A stretch of 32,000 nt of DNA. Source: Promethearchaeota archaeon. GTDB lineage: Archaea > Asgardarchaeota > Lokiarchaeia > Sigyniarchaeales > SOKP01. Location of the stretch: positions 1 through 32,000 of the forward strand of contig JAUWGH010000009.1 in NCBI GenBank assembly GCA_030606485.1, read 5' to 3'. Both the position numbers and the translations under genes were made by a program. The notes beneath the pieces were generated by a model. It was given only the letters and a program-made list of their open reading frames with translations. It made no database searches and was not told the DNA's origin. Shown here piece by piece: positions 18,919 to 27,864 of this stretch (within the stretch, counting starts at the first letter, position 1; every line of letters starts with the position of its first letter).

Positions 18919-19881
18919 ATGGATATCAAAAAATTACAAACAATTCTTAAAAATTATCGAGCGGATCTTAATCTCATTGCTGTTGCAGTAGTTGATCAAA
19001 ATGGATTCATCATTGCTTCTGAGATGAAAAATGCAGACGAAGATGATACTGTAATTGGTGCAACGACAGGTTTAATTGATTCTTATTTTGAAAGAATTAA
19101 AAAGGAGTTTGGATCTAAAGCAGGATTTTTTAATATTACTTCAACAGAAGATAAAAAATTCGCATATTGTGGTGCTGGAACCGATGTAATATTAACCAGT
19201 ATTTCATTTAAGGATATTCCTGATATTAAATTGAAAGTCTATTCGCTACATATCGCTGAAAAGGTTAAAAGGATACTTAATGGTGAGGAAAATATCTCAA
19301 CAGAAATTTCAGAAATTGTAAAAGTAATGGGGAATATGAAAGAGGGGAAATTACCAAAGGGAGTATTTACATCGAAACTTATTGTTACTGGTGATTTTCA
19401 AGTTGGAAAAACTAGTTTGATCAGACGATATGTTGAAAATAAGTTTTCAGAAAGTTATATATCTACTATTGGTGTTGATATATCGAAGAAATCAGTAAAT
19501 TTAAGTGGAGACTGTACGATAAATTTTATTATTTGGGATATTGGAGGTCAAATTACTCAGATGGCCCCCTATAGAAGTAGATTCTATCATGGGACTAACA
19601 CAGTTTTTATTGTTCTTGATCGTACAAGAAGGTCAACCTTGGATGGTATAAATAAATGGTATAAAGATATGAAAAACACAATTACTGACATAAAAAAGAT
19701 TCCTATAGTTCTCATTGGTAATAAATCAGATCTAATAGAAAATATTGAAATTACGAGTGAAGATATGAAAAGAAAAGCTGAAGAGTATGGTTTTTATTTT
19801 ATTGAAACAAGTGCTAAAACTGGAGAAAATGTTTCTGATGCTTTCAATTATATTGCTTATCGTATTATGGAGCGCATTTAA
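18919..19881 (+). CDS. Roadblock/longin-like domain fused to a Rab-like small GTPase
   Basis: N-terminal LIAVAVVDQNGFIIAS roadblock-like domain; G1 GDFQVGKTS, G2 YISTIGVD, G3 WDIGGQ, G4 NKSD, G5 TSAKTG; no C-terminal Cys prenylation motif. Confidence 0.9.
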   Translation: MDIKKLQTILKNYRADLNLIAVAVVDQNGFIIASEMKNADEDDTVIGATTGLIDSYFERIKKEFGSKAGFFNITSTEDKKFAYCGAGTDVILTSISFKDIPDIKLKVYSLHIAEKVKRILNGEENISTEISEIVKVMGNMKEGKLPKGVFTSKLIVTGDFQVGKTSLIRRYVENKFSESYISTIGVDISKKSVNLSGDCTINFIIWDIGGQITQMAPYRSRFYHGTNTVFIVLDRTRRSTLDGINKWYKDMKNTITDIKKIPIVLIGNKSDLIENIEITSEDMKRKAEEYGFYFIETSAKTGENVSDAFNYIAYRIMERI

Positions 19882-19959
19882 TTGTGTTTTTTTCATTCTA
19901 ATAAACAATTTTATTATTTTTATAATTAATTATATATATAAGGCTTATCAAAAAAAATT

Positions 19960-19966
19960 GGAGGTG
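19960..19966 (+). promoter_or_regulatory. Shine-Dalgarno GGAGGTG for GTG at 19978
   Basis: Strong SD 11 nt before an in-frame GTG, preceded by a TATA-rich tract at about 19927-19941. Confidence 0.6.
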
Positions 19967-19977
19967 GATTAAAGAGA

Positions 19978-20895
19978 GTGCTGAAAGTTCTTTTTAACAA
20001 CATTTGCATAACTTGAGATAACCGGGGATATTTATTCGGATTTTCTATTAGAGAAATTTCATATAAGGGGAGACGGTTATTTTATCTGGGGAAGGAAGAA
20101 TTTTCAGGTCCTTGGTTAAGATTTAAAAGATCTGATCTTAAAGGAACTGAGGCTTCAGTATTTTTGAAAAACGTCGAGCCAACTCCAATTTATAAGTTAA
20201 TAAACACAAAAACGGGGGGGTCAATTGATCGAGTTACTATAGATCTAGATCTCAATGAATACTTAAAAAAGAAGATACGTGATACAAATAGATTAAGGAA
20301 TAATTTAGATCTTTCTAAATCCATCTATATTAGAAAATATATTGATGTATTTCAATTTAAACAACCTTATAATATCGCTTTTTTCACGTTTAAAAATATT
20401 GCTCCATTCAAATTGGACGATGTATCTTTCTATATGTTTCTCGATTTTGATATCAATGGATTAGATGGATTTGATAATGATTTAGGCGTATTCGATGAAG
20501 AAGAAGGAATTATTTTCCAATATGATGATACCAATACTTATGCTGGTTTCTGTTCTATTAAACAACCTAGTAGTTTTGAAGTGTCAAATTCCAATAAAAT
20601 GTTATCGCGAGCAAAATCAATTCAATTAAATAATATTATTGAAGATAAACCTGGTGAAAAAACTTCTGCACTTGCATGGAATTTAGGAACATTGAATAAG
20701 GGAGAATTACTACAAATTCCTATTATTATATCTGGTGGATTAAGCAAGGAAGAATTATTGTCAAATCTAAAAGAAGGCAAAAAAAGAGCTAACTCATTAA
20801 TTCCACAGGTATTAAAATCGATAAATTCGCGAGTAAGACAAATTCAAGATGAAAAATTTGTAAAAATGAATGAAACCACTACAGAAGAGTGCTAA
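19978..20895 (+). CDS. Beta-sandwich hypothetical protein, 305 aa if TGA13 (20014-20016) is recoded; candidate CxxU selenoprotein or nonsense allele. The ORF track gives only 20164-20895.
   Basis: Same frame as the tracked ORF and open from GTG 19978 except for one TGA: MLKVLFNNICIT*DNRGYLFGFSIREISYKGRRLFYLGKEEFSGPWLRFKRSDLKGTEASVFLKNVEP... Confidence 0.65.
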
Positions 20896-20905
20896 GGTTT
20901 TCAAG

Positions 20906-20992
20906 TTTATAAAAAATCCAATTAATGATTCAATTAATTAAAACATTTGTATTTAATTGATAAAAGGCTGGCCTAGCTCTGGATTTTATAAA
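20906..20992 (+). other. Nested stem-loop in the 3' UTR of the TGA-containing gene
   Basis: Outer helix AAAATCCA(20913-20)/TGGATTTT(20980-87) plus TTTAT/ATAAA; inner helix TCAATTAA(20930-37)/TTAATTGA(20953-60); ATGA at 20925-28. Confidence 0.4.
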
Positions 20993-21153
20993 AATTTTCT
21001 TTTTTATAAATTAAATTTTTTTTCTCAAAATTAAAAATAAATACTGTGTTGATTTAAAACAGCAAAAATAATATTTATCAAGTAACAATTTTAAAGTATT
21101 AAATAGAAGGTGAATTAATAAAAATTTAAATAATTGACAAGAGTTAATTTAAG

Positions 21154-22092
21154 ATGAAAAAAAAATATCCGGCAATTTTGTCTATTTTAATTACTCTATT
21201 TATATTATGGATATATTTTTTCTCAAATTGGGATCAAATTCTTGTTAATTTAATCATTTTAAATGTCATAATTTTTATATTACGTTTTGTTTTTATTCGT
21301 TTAGCAAATTTAGTTTTAAAACGTCGTATTTACATAGTTGTTATTTCAGCTAGTTTTAATATTGTTTGGATCTTCTTCATATTCTGGTTATTGTTTGTAA
21401 TATCTTCTGATCTTGTAGTTTCTCTTGTTTCTTTTTTAGTAGTTGCAATTTCTTTAACTTTAAAAAATATAATTAACAATATTGCATCTGGTGCAATAAT
21501 ATTGGCAACAGAACCATTTGATGTTGGTGATTTAATCGAAACAAGTGAAGTTCAAGGAGCAGTAAATGAAATTTCATTGAATTATACTAAAATTAAGGAG
21601 TTTGATGGTGTAATTACGTATATACCAAATAAAGATGTTTTAAATAAATCTTTAAAAAAATTTACTTATAGAAAATTAAAGCCAATTGAACAATTAATGG
21701 ATGAAGAAACTCAAACTAAGAAGAAAAAATATAAAAAATATTTGAAGAACATTGATAAGTTATTATTGAGGGAAGAAAAGATAACAAAATATACTAAAAC
21801 TGTAGAAATATTATCTAAAATAGATCCAAATAAACTTGAAAATTTATTATCACCAGTTTTTGACAAATATGAAAAAATTTTTGGGATTAGGCCAGAATAT
21901 ATTATTGAAACCACTGGTTTTCGATGTGTTACAACATTTTATTTAATGGCTAAAAGACCCCTGCTAATTTTGCAATACACAGATAATTTTCTGAAAGAAT
22001 GCATTTTTCAATTATATCACGATGATGTTTTTGATGGGTGGGAATCTTATATACAAGATGAACTTAAATTGAAATCTAAAGGGGGGGGCTAA
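21154..22092 (+). CDS. MscS-family mechanosensitive channel-like protein
   Basis: TM helices, then NNIASGAIILATEPFDVGDLIE...GAVNEISLNYTKIKEFDGVITYIPN (MscS TM3/beta domain). Confidence 0.85.
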   Translation: MKKKYPAILSILITLFILWIYFFSNWDQILVNLIILNVIIFILRFVFIRLANLVLKRRIYIVVISASFNIVWIFFIFWLLFVISSDLVVSLVSFLVVAISLTLKNIINNIASGAIILATEPFDVGDLIETSEVQGAVNEISLNYTKIKEFDGVITYIPNKDVLNKSLKKFTYRKLKPIEQLMDEETQTKKKKYKKYLKNIDKLLLREEKITKYTKTVEILSKIDPNKLENLLSPVFDKYEKIFGIRPEYIIETTGFRCVTTFYLMAKRPLLILQYTDNFLKECIFQLYHDDVFDGWESYIQDELKLKSKGGG

Positions 22093-22099
22093 ATAATTT

Positions 22100-22999
22100 A
22101 TGGCGATTTTCAATTCTGATTTAGAAGCAATTATTTTTATTATAATTATTACTATTTCATTGATTTTTATTGATAAAGTTATTTCTTTTTTTCTGGATAA
22201 AAGTAAAAAGGTATCTATTCAACAAAAAAATGGAATCTATTTTATTATAAGGACCATTTCGGTAATTATAGTAATTTTCTTTGTTCTAGAAGGATTTCCT
22301 TCATTTGAACTTATTGATCCAACTTATAAGGCAATCCTTACAAGTGTCACAAGTACAGCGATAGCATTTGCATCAAGTGAAATTTTTGCTAATTTTATGG
22401 CTGGATTTGTTTTAATCGCGATCGGACCATTTGATATTGGAGATATTGTAAAAATAGATACTGATAAAGGAATAGTAAGATCTATATCTATGACTAAAGT
22501 TATTCTTGAAACTTTTGACAACATATTTATTGTAAAATCAAATAGTGAAGTTATTTCTTCAAAAATTGTCAATTATACAACTAAATTAAGGAATATTAAA
22601 CGATATGTGGATTTTAAAAAGAAAGTTCAAAGCCCCCAAGATAAGGGAGATATTCGTATAAAAATGAAAACAAATATGGATGAAATAGTTGAAAAAAATA
22701 CTAACTTAATGGCTTTTTTTAGATCATTTTCTAGGAGACAAAATCCAGATTTACATACCTATACATTTAGAATGCATTTTCAATATGAAAAATTTCGAAT
22801 AAAATTAGATAAAGTCGAAGGATTATGTACAAAATATAAAAAAAAATTTGGTTTTAAACCAAGATACAATATCATTGGTTTTAGCTCTCACATCATTATT
22901 AAATTTCGAATATTATCTTTAGATCCAAAAAAGATTCTTGAAAATAAACCTAAATTTACCAACGACCTCTATAAAATCATTTTTAGTCATAATATGTAA
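22100..22999 (+). CDS. MscS-family mechanosensitive channel-like protein (tandem paralog)
   Basis: ANFMAGFVLIAIGPFDIGDIVKI...GIVRSISMTKVILETFDNIFIVKSN. Confidence 0.85.
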   Translation: MAIFNSDLEAIIFIIIITISLIFIDKVISFFLDKSKKVSIQQKNGIYFIIRTISVIIVIFFVLEGFPSFELIDPTYKAILTSVTSTAIAFASSEIFANFMAGFVLIAIGPFDIGDIVKIDTDKGIVRSISMTKVILETFDNIFIVKSNSEVISSKIVNYTTKLRNIKRYVDFKKKVQSPQDKGDIRIKMKTNMDEIVEKNTNLMAFFRSFSRRQNPDLHTYTFRMHFQYEKFRIKLDKVEGLCTKYKKKFGFKPRYNIIGFSSHIIIKFRILSLDPKKILENKPKFTNDLYKIIFSHNM

Positions 23000-23089
23000 T
23001 TGCTTATTGTAAAAAACACGCTTTAAAGAAAAATTGAGAGGAACAAAAAATTATTTAAAATTTAATTATACTTCTCTTCATTATTCTAA

Positions 23090-23097
23090 TTATATAA
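23090..23097 (+). promoter_or_regulatory. Archaeal TATA box (TTATATAA) for a probably leaderless GH38 transcript
   Basis: Located 25-32 nt upstream of ATG 23122, the spacing expected for a transcription start at or near that ATG. Confidence 0.5.
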
Positions 23098-23121
23098 TAA
23101 AATTGACTAAGAATTTTCATT

Positions 23122-25929
23122 ATGAATGCTAAAAAAATTGTAATAACTCCTGAAACTCATTGGGACCGTGAAACTTTATATATTTGAGATATAAAGCACG
23201 ATTGGTATCTTCCTTTTCAGGAATATCGAGCAAGGCTTGTTCAGCTTATGGATCGACTATTAGAAATTTTAAGGAAGGATAAAAATTATTCTAATTTTAC
23301 ATTAGATGGACAAACCATCCCAGTTTTAGATTATTTAGAAGTAAAACCCCAAAAGAGAGAAGAAATAGAAAAATATGTAAAAGAAGGGCGATTATCAATA
23401 GGCCCATTCTTCATTCTACCAGATGAGTTTTTAATTAGTGGAGAATCATTGATAAGAAATTTAATGTTAGGGCATAAAATTGCCAGATCTTTCGGAAGAA
23501 TAATGAAAGCAGGATATATTCCAGACCCATTTGGGCACATTGCACAGCTTCCACAAATTTTAAGCGGTTTTGAATTACCATCCTTTTTATTTATGAGAGG
23601 TTTTGGTAATGAATTTGAAGAAAACAACCTTAATATGGAATTTAATTGGCAAGCTCCGGGTAATGCTGCCTCAATTTTAGCGATACATTTAATAATGGGC
23701 TATGGTTCAATTGCCAATATAAATACAAATATATATAACGGAAAATATAAAAACGCTCTAAGACAAATTAGAAGGCGAGTTAAGAATTTAGAAAAGTATA
23801 TTGCTTCTGATGTAGTTTTATTGAATAATGGTTCAGATCATTTGTATGCACAACCTGAAATCTCTACAATTGTGAGTCAATGGAATGAGGAATATGGTAA
23901 AGATAAAGTTTTAGTCCAACAAGATTTCGAATATTATATTAATGAAGTCTTAAAATTCAATCCTAAATTGAACACATATCAAGGAGAATTGAGATGGGGG
24001 AGATATTTTCATTTATTATCAGGTGTTTTTTCAGCCAGAATGTGGATAAAGCAACAAAATACTGAAATTGAATATTTATATGAAAAATACGCAGAACCAT
24101 TCTCTACAATGGCTTGGGCATTGGATAATACTAGTTCTTTTGAATATCCAAAGGATTATTTATGGACAGGATGGAAATGGTTGATAAAAAATCATCCACA
24201 TGATAGTATTTGTGGGTGTAGTATTGATGAAGTCCATCAAGAAATGAAAACAAGATTTCAATGGGCAGATCAAATTGGAAATGAAATTTTAAAGGACTCC
24301 TTTTTAGAAATTGTTAAACAAGTAAATTTGGACAAAACCAGGGATAAAAAAATTGCTTTATTTGTTCTTAATCCTCTCCCATGGCATCGAAAGGATATTA
24401 CATTTTTTGATTTAATAATTCCTATAAAGGAAAAGTCAGAACAATATCCAGATCCTGTGAGATTAATTGATAATAACGGAAAGGAAATTCCGACACAGAA
24501 CTTTTTGATTGAAGAACAACCAAGATACACAGAAGAACATAATAGTACTTATCGTTTCACATTTTTAGCAGATGTCCCGGCATTAGGGTATAAAGTTTAT
24601 TATTTTATTTTGGGAGAAAGTCCAAAAGACCAAAATAATCAAGGAAATTCACTCTTAAAAGCAGAAAAGAACGCTTTAGAAAACAAATATTATAAAATTA
24701 CAATCAATGAGGATGGAGCATTAGATGTATTAGATAAAGAATGTGGTAAAGAATATAAAAATATATGTATCTTCGAAGATGTTGGAGATTGGGGCGATGA
24801 GTATGATTATTCATGGCCAAAAAGTGGCACAGGAGATAGACGAATATTATCAACTAGTTTTAAAGATTGGAAATATAATCTTGTTGTGAAAGGACCTACC
24901 CAAATAACTGGTAAAATTGAATACACTTTCAATCTTCCCGTATCATTATCTAAAGATCGTTCTGAACGAGCCAAGGAATTAATTAACAATCAATTGTCTC
25001 TCTATATTACTCTTTATGAAGATATAAAGAGAATTGATTTCAAGGTAGAATATAATAATGATAGCAAAGATCATCGATTACGAGTTCTCTTTCCCACAGG
25101 CATTAAGAGTAAGGTAGTTCATGCAGATGGACATTTTTATGTAGTTCCAAGAAATGTGGAGTTACCTAATGATGAAAGATGGGCCCAAAAAGCACTTGGA
25201 ACCAATCATGAAAAAGATTTTGTTGCTGTTAATGATAATAGGACATGTATAGCTGTTTTGAACAAGGGTTTACCTGAATATGAGGCAATACAGAATAAAG
25301 ATGGAATAATAACTCTTGCAATAACATTACTAAGGTGTGTTGAGTGGTTATCAAGGACAGATTTAGCTACTCGTGCATCAAATGCAGGTCCCGATTTAAA
25401 AACACCTGAAGCACAGTGTTTAGGAGACCATACTTTTGAATTTTCACTGGTAATCCAAGAAGGTTTAGGTGATTGGTTAAATTCAAGAATTCACATTTAT
25501 GGTAAAGAATTCAATTGTCCCTTAATTACATTTCTTCCTTCAAGTGTAAATTCAATGTATCATGCATTAAATAAAATCCTTTTCTTAGGAATGACTTTTT
25601 TAAAATTGGAATTACAACATAAATCAAAAAATCTTCCTTTAAGCTTTAGCTTTCTAAAAATTGACAACCCAAATGTGCAATTATCTGCCTTAAAAAAGGC
25701 TGAAAATGGAGATTATTTAATAGTTCGACTTATAAATATATCAAACAATACTGAAAAGGCAAAACTTAGTTTTTATAATAATATTAAAAATATTGAAATT
25801 CTAAATCTTTTAGAAGAGCAACCAACTAATAGAATAAAAGCAACAATTTTTCAAATCGACACAAATCAATTGGAAATTATATTAGAACCCCATGTATTAG
25901 CTAATATTAAGGTAATAATTTCAAAATGA
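23122..25929 (+). CDS. GH38 alpha-mannosidase/mannosylglycerate-hydrolase-like enzyme, two exons (23122-23172 + 23203-25929), 925 aa after splicing
   Basis: Exon 1 MNAKKIVITPETHWDRE joined to exon 2 WYLPFQEYRARLVQLMDRLL restores the GH38 THWDREWY metal-binding motif. Nucleophile region GYIPDPFGH, NGSDH and HPHDSICGCS are intact. The tracked ORF (23248) is N-terminally truncated. Confidence 0.9.
23173..23202 (+). other. Candidate 30-nt bulge-helix-bulge (BHB) mRNA intron ACTTTATATATTTGAGATATAAAGCACGAT
   Basis: Central helix CGTG(23167-70)/CACG(23197-200); 3-nt bulges AAA(23171-73) and ATT(23201-03); inner stem CTTTATAT/ATATAAAG (8 bp, 7-nt loop); in-frame TGA at 23185-87. Cutting after the second nucleotide of each bulge gives GAA|TGG. 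Confidence 0.88.
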
Positions 25930-25974
25930 ATTTCTTATAATTCTCTTTTTATAATATATAACTAGAGGAGGAAT

Positions 25975-27519
25975 ATGTCAAAAAAGAAACCTATGTCTAA
26001 CGTCAATCAGTTTATTTCTTTTGTTGAAACTCCTCCTGAAATATCTAAATTAATGGTAACATTAACTAATCAACCCAAAGATTGTCATATCTTGGATAGT
26101 GGTTGCGGTAAAGGCATTTTTTTAAAGAATTTAATATCATCTGGCTTTACTAACATTGATGGAATTGAAATAGATCCGGGTTTATGTGATTATCTTAGGT
26201 CATCTTTTAAGGACATTGAGTTATATAATGAAGATTTTTTAATTTGGAAAAGTCCTAAAAAGTATAATGTGATTATTGGAAATCCCCCTTATTCACATTA
26301 TAATTCTTTACCAAAGAAAATTCAAAAAGAAGTTTTTTCTTTAACAAAAACTGGAGAATCCGATATTTATTATGCCTTTATTATTAAATCAATTGAATTA
26401 CTCAGGGAAAATGGAGAATTGATCTATATAGTTCCTTATCAATTCTTTTATAATACTCATGCAGAAATTGTAAGGAAAAAAATTTTAGAAAATGGCTATT
26501 TTGAAATTTTAATTGATCTTGACGAAGTTAGACTATTTGAGGGGGAATACCCCGAAACTATTATTTTTAAATTTGTTAAAACAGAAAATAGAAGTTATAA
26601 AAACATTGAAGTATTTCGAATAAAACATAGGAAAGCAAGACCAGAAAATATTTTTAAGAAATTTATTGAATCTCTCAAAGAAAAAAAGGAGAATGAACTT
26701 TTTTTCTACTACACTAAACTAAATTTTGGTAATTATAGAGAAATTTGGTCTTCATATCCTTCAATTGATATTCCAGAATATAAGAAATTAAAAGATCTTG
26801 CCTTTGTTGGAGTTGGATTAGTTTCTGGTTTTGATAAGGCGTTTAGGATTAAAATAAATGAAGATAAATATTATAATGAAAGAGAAAAGAACTTAATTTT
26901 TAATTTTATTAAAGCTATGAATTGTAAAGGTTTTAGGGTCGAAGGTTTTGAGAAATATATTCTGATGGATGAAAAAATAAAAGATGAAATATATCTAAGT
27001 AAAAATTATCCAAATATCTATAAAAAGATGGTTGAATTTAAAGAACAAATGTCCACTAGATATATGCCGAATCATAAAAAATGGTTTCATTGGCAAGCCT
27101 TGAGAAATAAAATGACTTTAGATAAATATATGGAATTGCCAAAAATTTTTGTCCCAACATTGGATCGAAGTAAAGTAAATAGATTTAGTTTTAGTGATAT
27201 GAAAGCTTATCCTTCAGGTGATGTGTTAGTGATTATTCCGTTTAAAATAGATCCCTACTTTTTACTTGGATATTTGAACAGTGTTTTTTTTCGACAGTAT
27301 TATTTATCTCACGGTGCGAAAAGAGGTTATAGAATTGCTTTTACCCAGAGAATTATGTCAAACATAAAAATTCCTGTATTTGAAAATGAAGAATTAAAAA
27401 ATATAGCGAATTTAACTAGAGAAATACTTAATAACAATGATTTTAATAAACGAAAATCTATTGATGATATTATTAATAATGCATTGGAAAAAATGAAGCA
27501 ATTAGACAAAAGTAAATAA
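25975..27519 (+). CDS. N6-adenine DNA methyltransferase, Eco57I/TaqI-like (gamma class), apparently orphan
   Basis: Motif I ILDSGCGKGIFL, motif IV IIGNPPY, GELIYIVP and a C-terminal TaqI-like target-recognition region (YLLGYLNS...KIPV); GAGGAGG SD. Confidence 0.87.
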   Translation: MSKKKPMSNVNQFISFVETPPEISKLMVTLTNQPKDCHILDSGCGKGIFLKNLISSGFTNIDGIEIDPGLCDYLRSSFKDIELYNEDFLIWKSPKKYNVIIGNPPYSHYNSLPKKIQKEVFSLTKTGESDIYYAFIIKSIELLRENGELIYIVPYQFFYNTHAEIVRKKILENGYFEILIDLDEVRLFEGEYPETIIFKFVKTENRSYKNIEVFRIKHRKARPENIFKKFIESLKEKKENELFFYYTKLNFGNYREIWSSYPSIDIPEYKKLKDLAFVGVGLVSGFDKAFRIKINEDKYYNEREKNLIFNFIKAMNCKGFRVEGFEKYILMDEKIKDEIYLSKNYPNIYKKMVEFKEQMSTRYMPNHKKWFHWQALRNKMTLDKYMELPKIFVPTLDRSKVNRFSFSDMKAYPSGDVLVIIPFKIDPYFLLGYLNSVFFRQYYLSHGAKRGYRIAFTQRIMSNIKIPVFENEELKNIANLTREILNNNDFNKRKSIDDIINNALEKMKQLDKSK

Positions 27520-27527
27520 TTACTTAA

Positions 27528-27695
27528 AAACATATTGATATTATTGGACATGCATCAAAAAAGGATATTAGTTTAGCAATAGAAACAATTAATCCATATA
27601 TTATAATTCCTGTCCATACAGATAATCCTATTTGATTTGTTGACAATTTTGATAAAGTAGTCCCTGTAAAAGAAGGTTATTCTTTTAAATTATAA
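27528..27695 (+). pseudogene. C-terminal remnant of an RNase J/beta-CASP metallo-beta-lactamase gene
   Basis: Reads KHIDIIGHASKKDISLAIETINPYIIIPVHTDNPI*FVDNFDKVVPVKEGYSFKL*, matching the SGHA...INP..IPVHTE C-terminal motif. No start codon; internal TGA at 27633-35. Confidence 0.7.
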
Positions 27696-27864
27696 AGTAA
27701 TTGCTAATTACCAAAAAATAAAATTTAATCTTGGATATTATTATTATAATCTTAAAAATGTTTTAAAATTGTAATCCAAAAAAAGCATTTATTAAAAATA
27801 AAAGTTAAAAACTTATATGAAAAGGAATTTATTACTATAAAGCGTTAAGGATTAAAAGGTTAAT

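Noticed and set aside
20000-20030. A second BHB intron around TGA 20014 (shares TTGAGATA with the GH38 intron loop)
   Set aside because: No stem or 4-bp helix found, only a 5-bp direct repeat (ATAAC) whose removal would shift the frame.
23185-23187. TGA in the GH38 insert as Sec or readthrough
   Set aside because: Readthrough would leave 10 extra residues inside the conserved HWDREWY motif; BHB excision explains the sequence exactly.
23173-23202. Insert as a MITE or transposon footprint
   Set aside because: No target-site duplication; the complementarity involves exon bases in BHB geometry.
19787-27551. Short ORFs 19787-19972, 21711-21914, 22324-22572, 23331-23627, 24270-24530, 24807-24989, 27327-27551
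   Set aside because: Shadow ORFs overlapping real genes.
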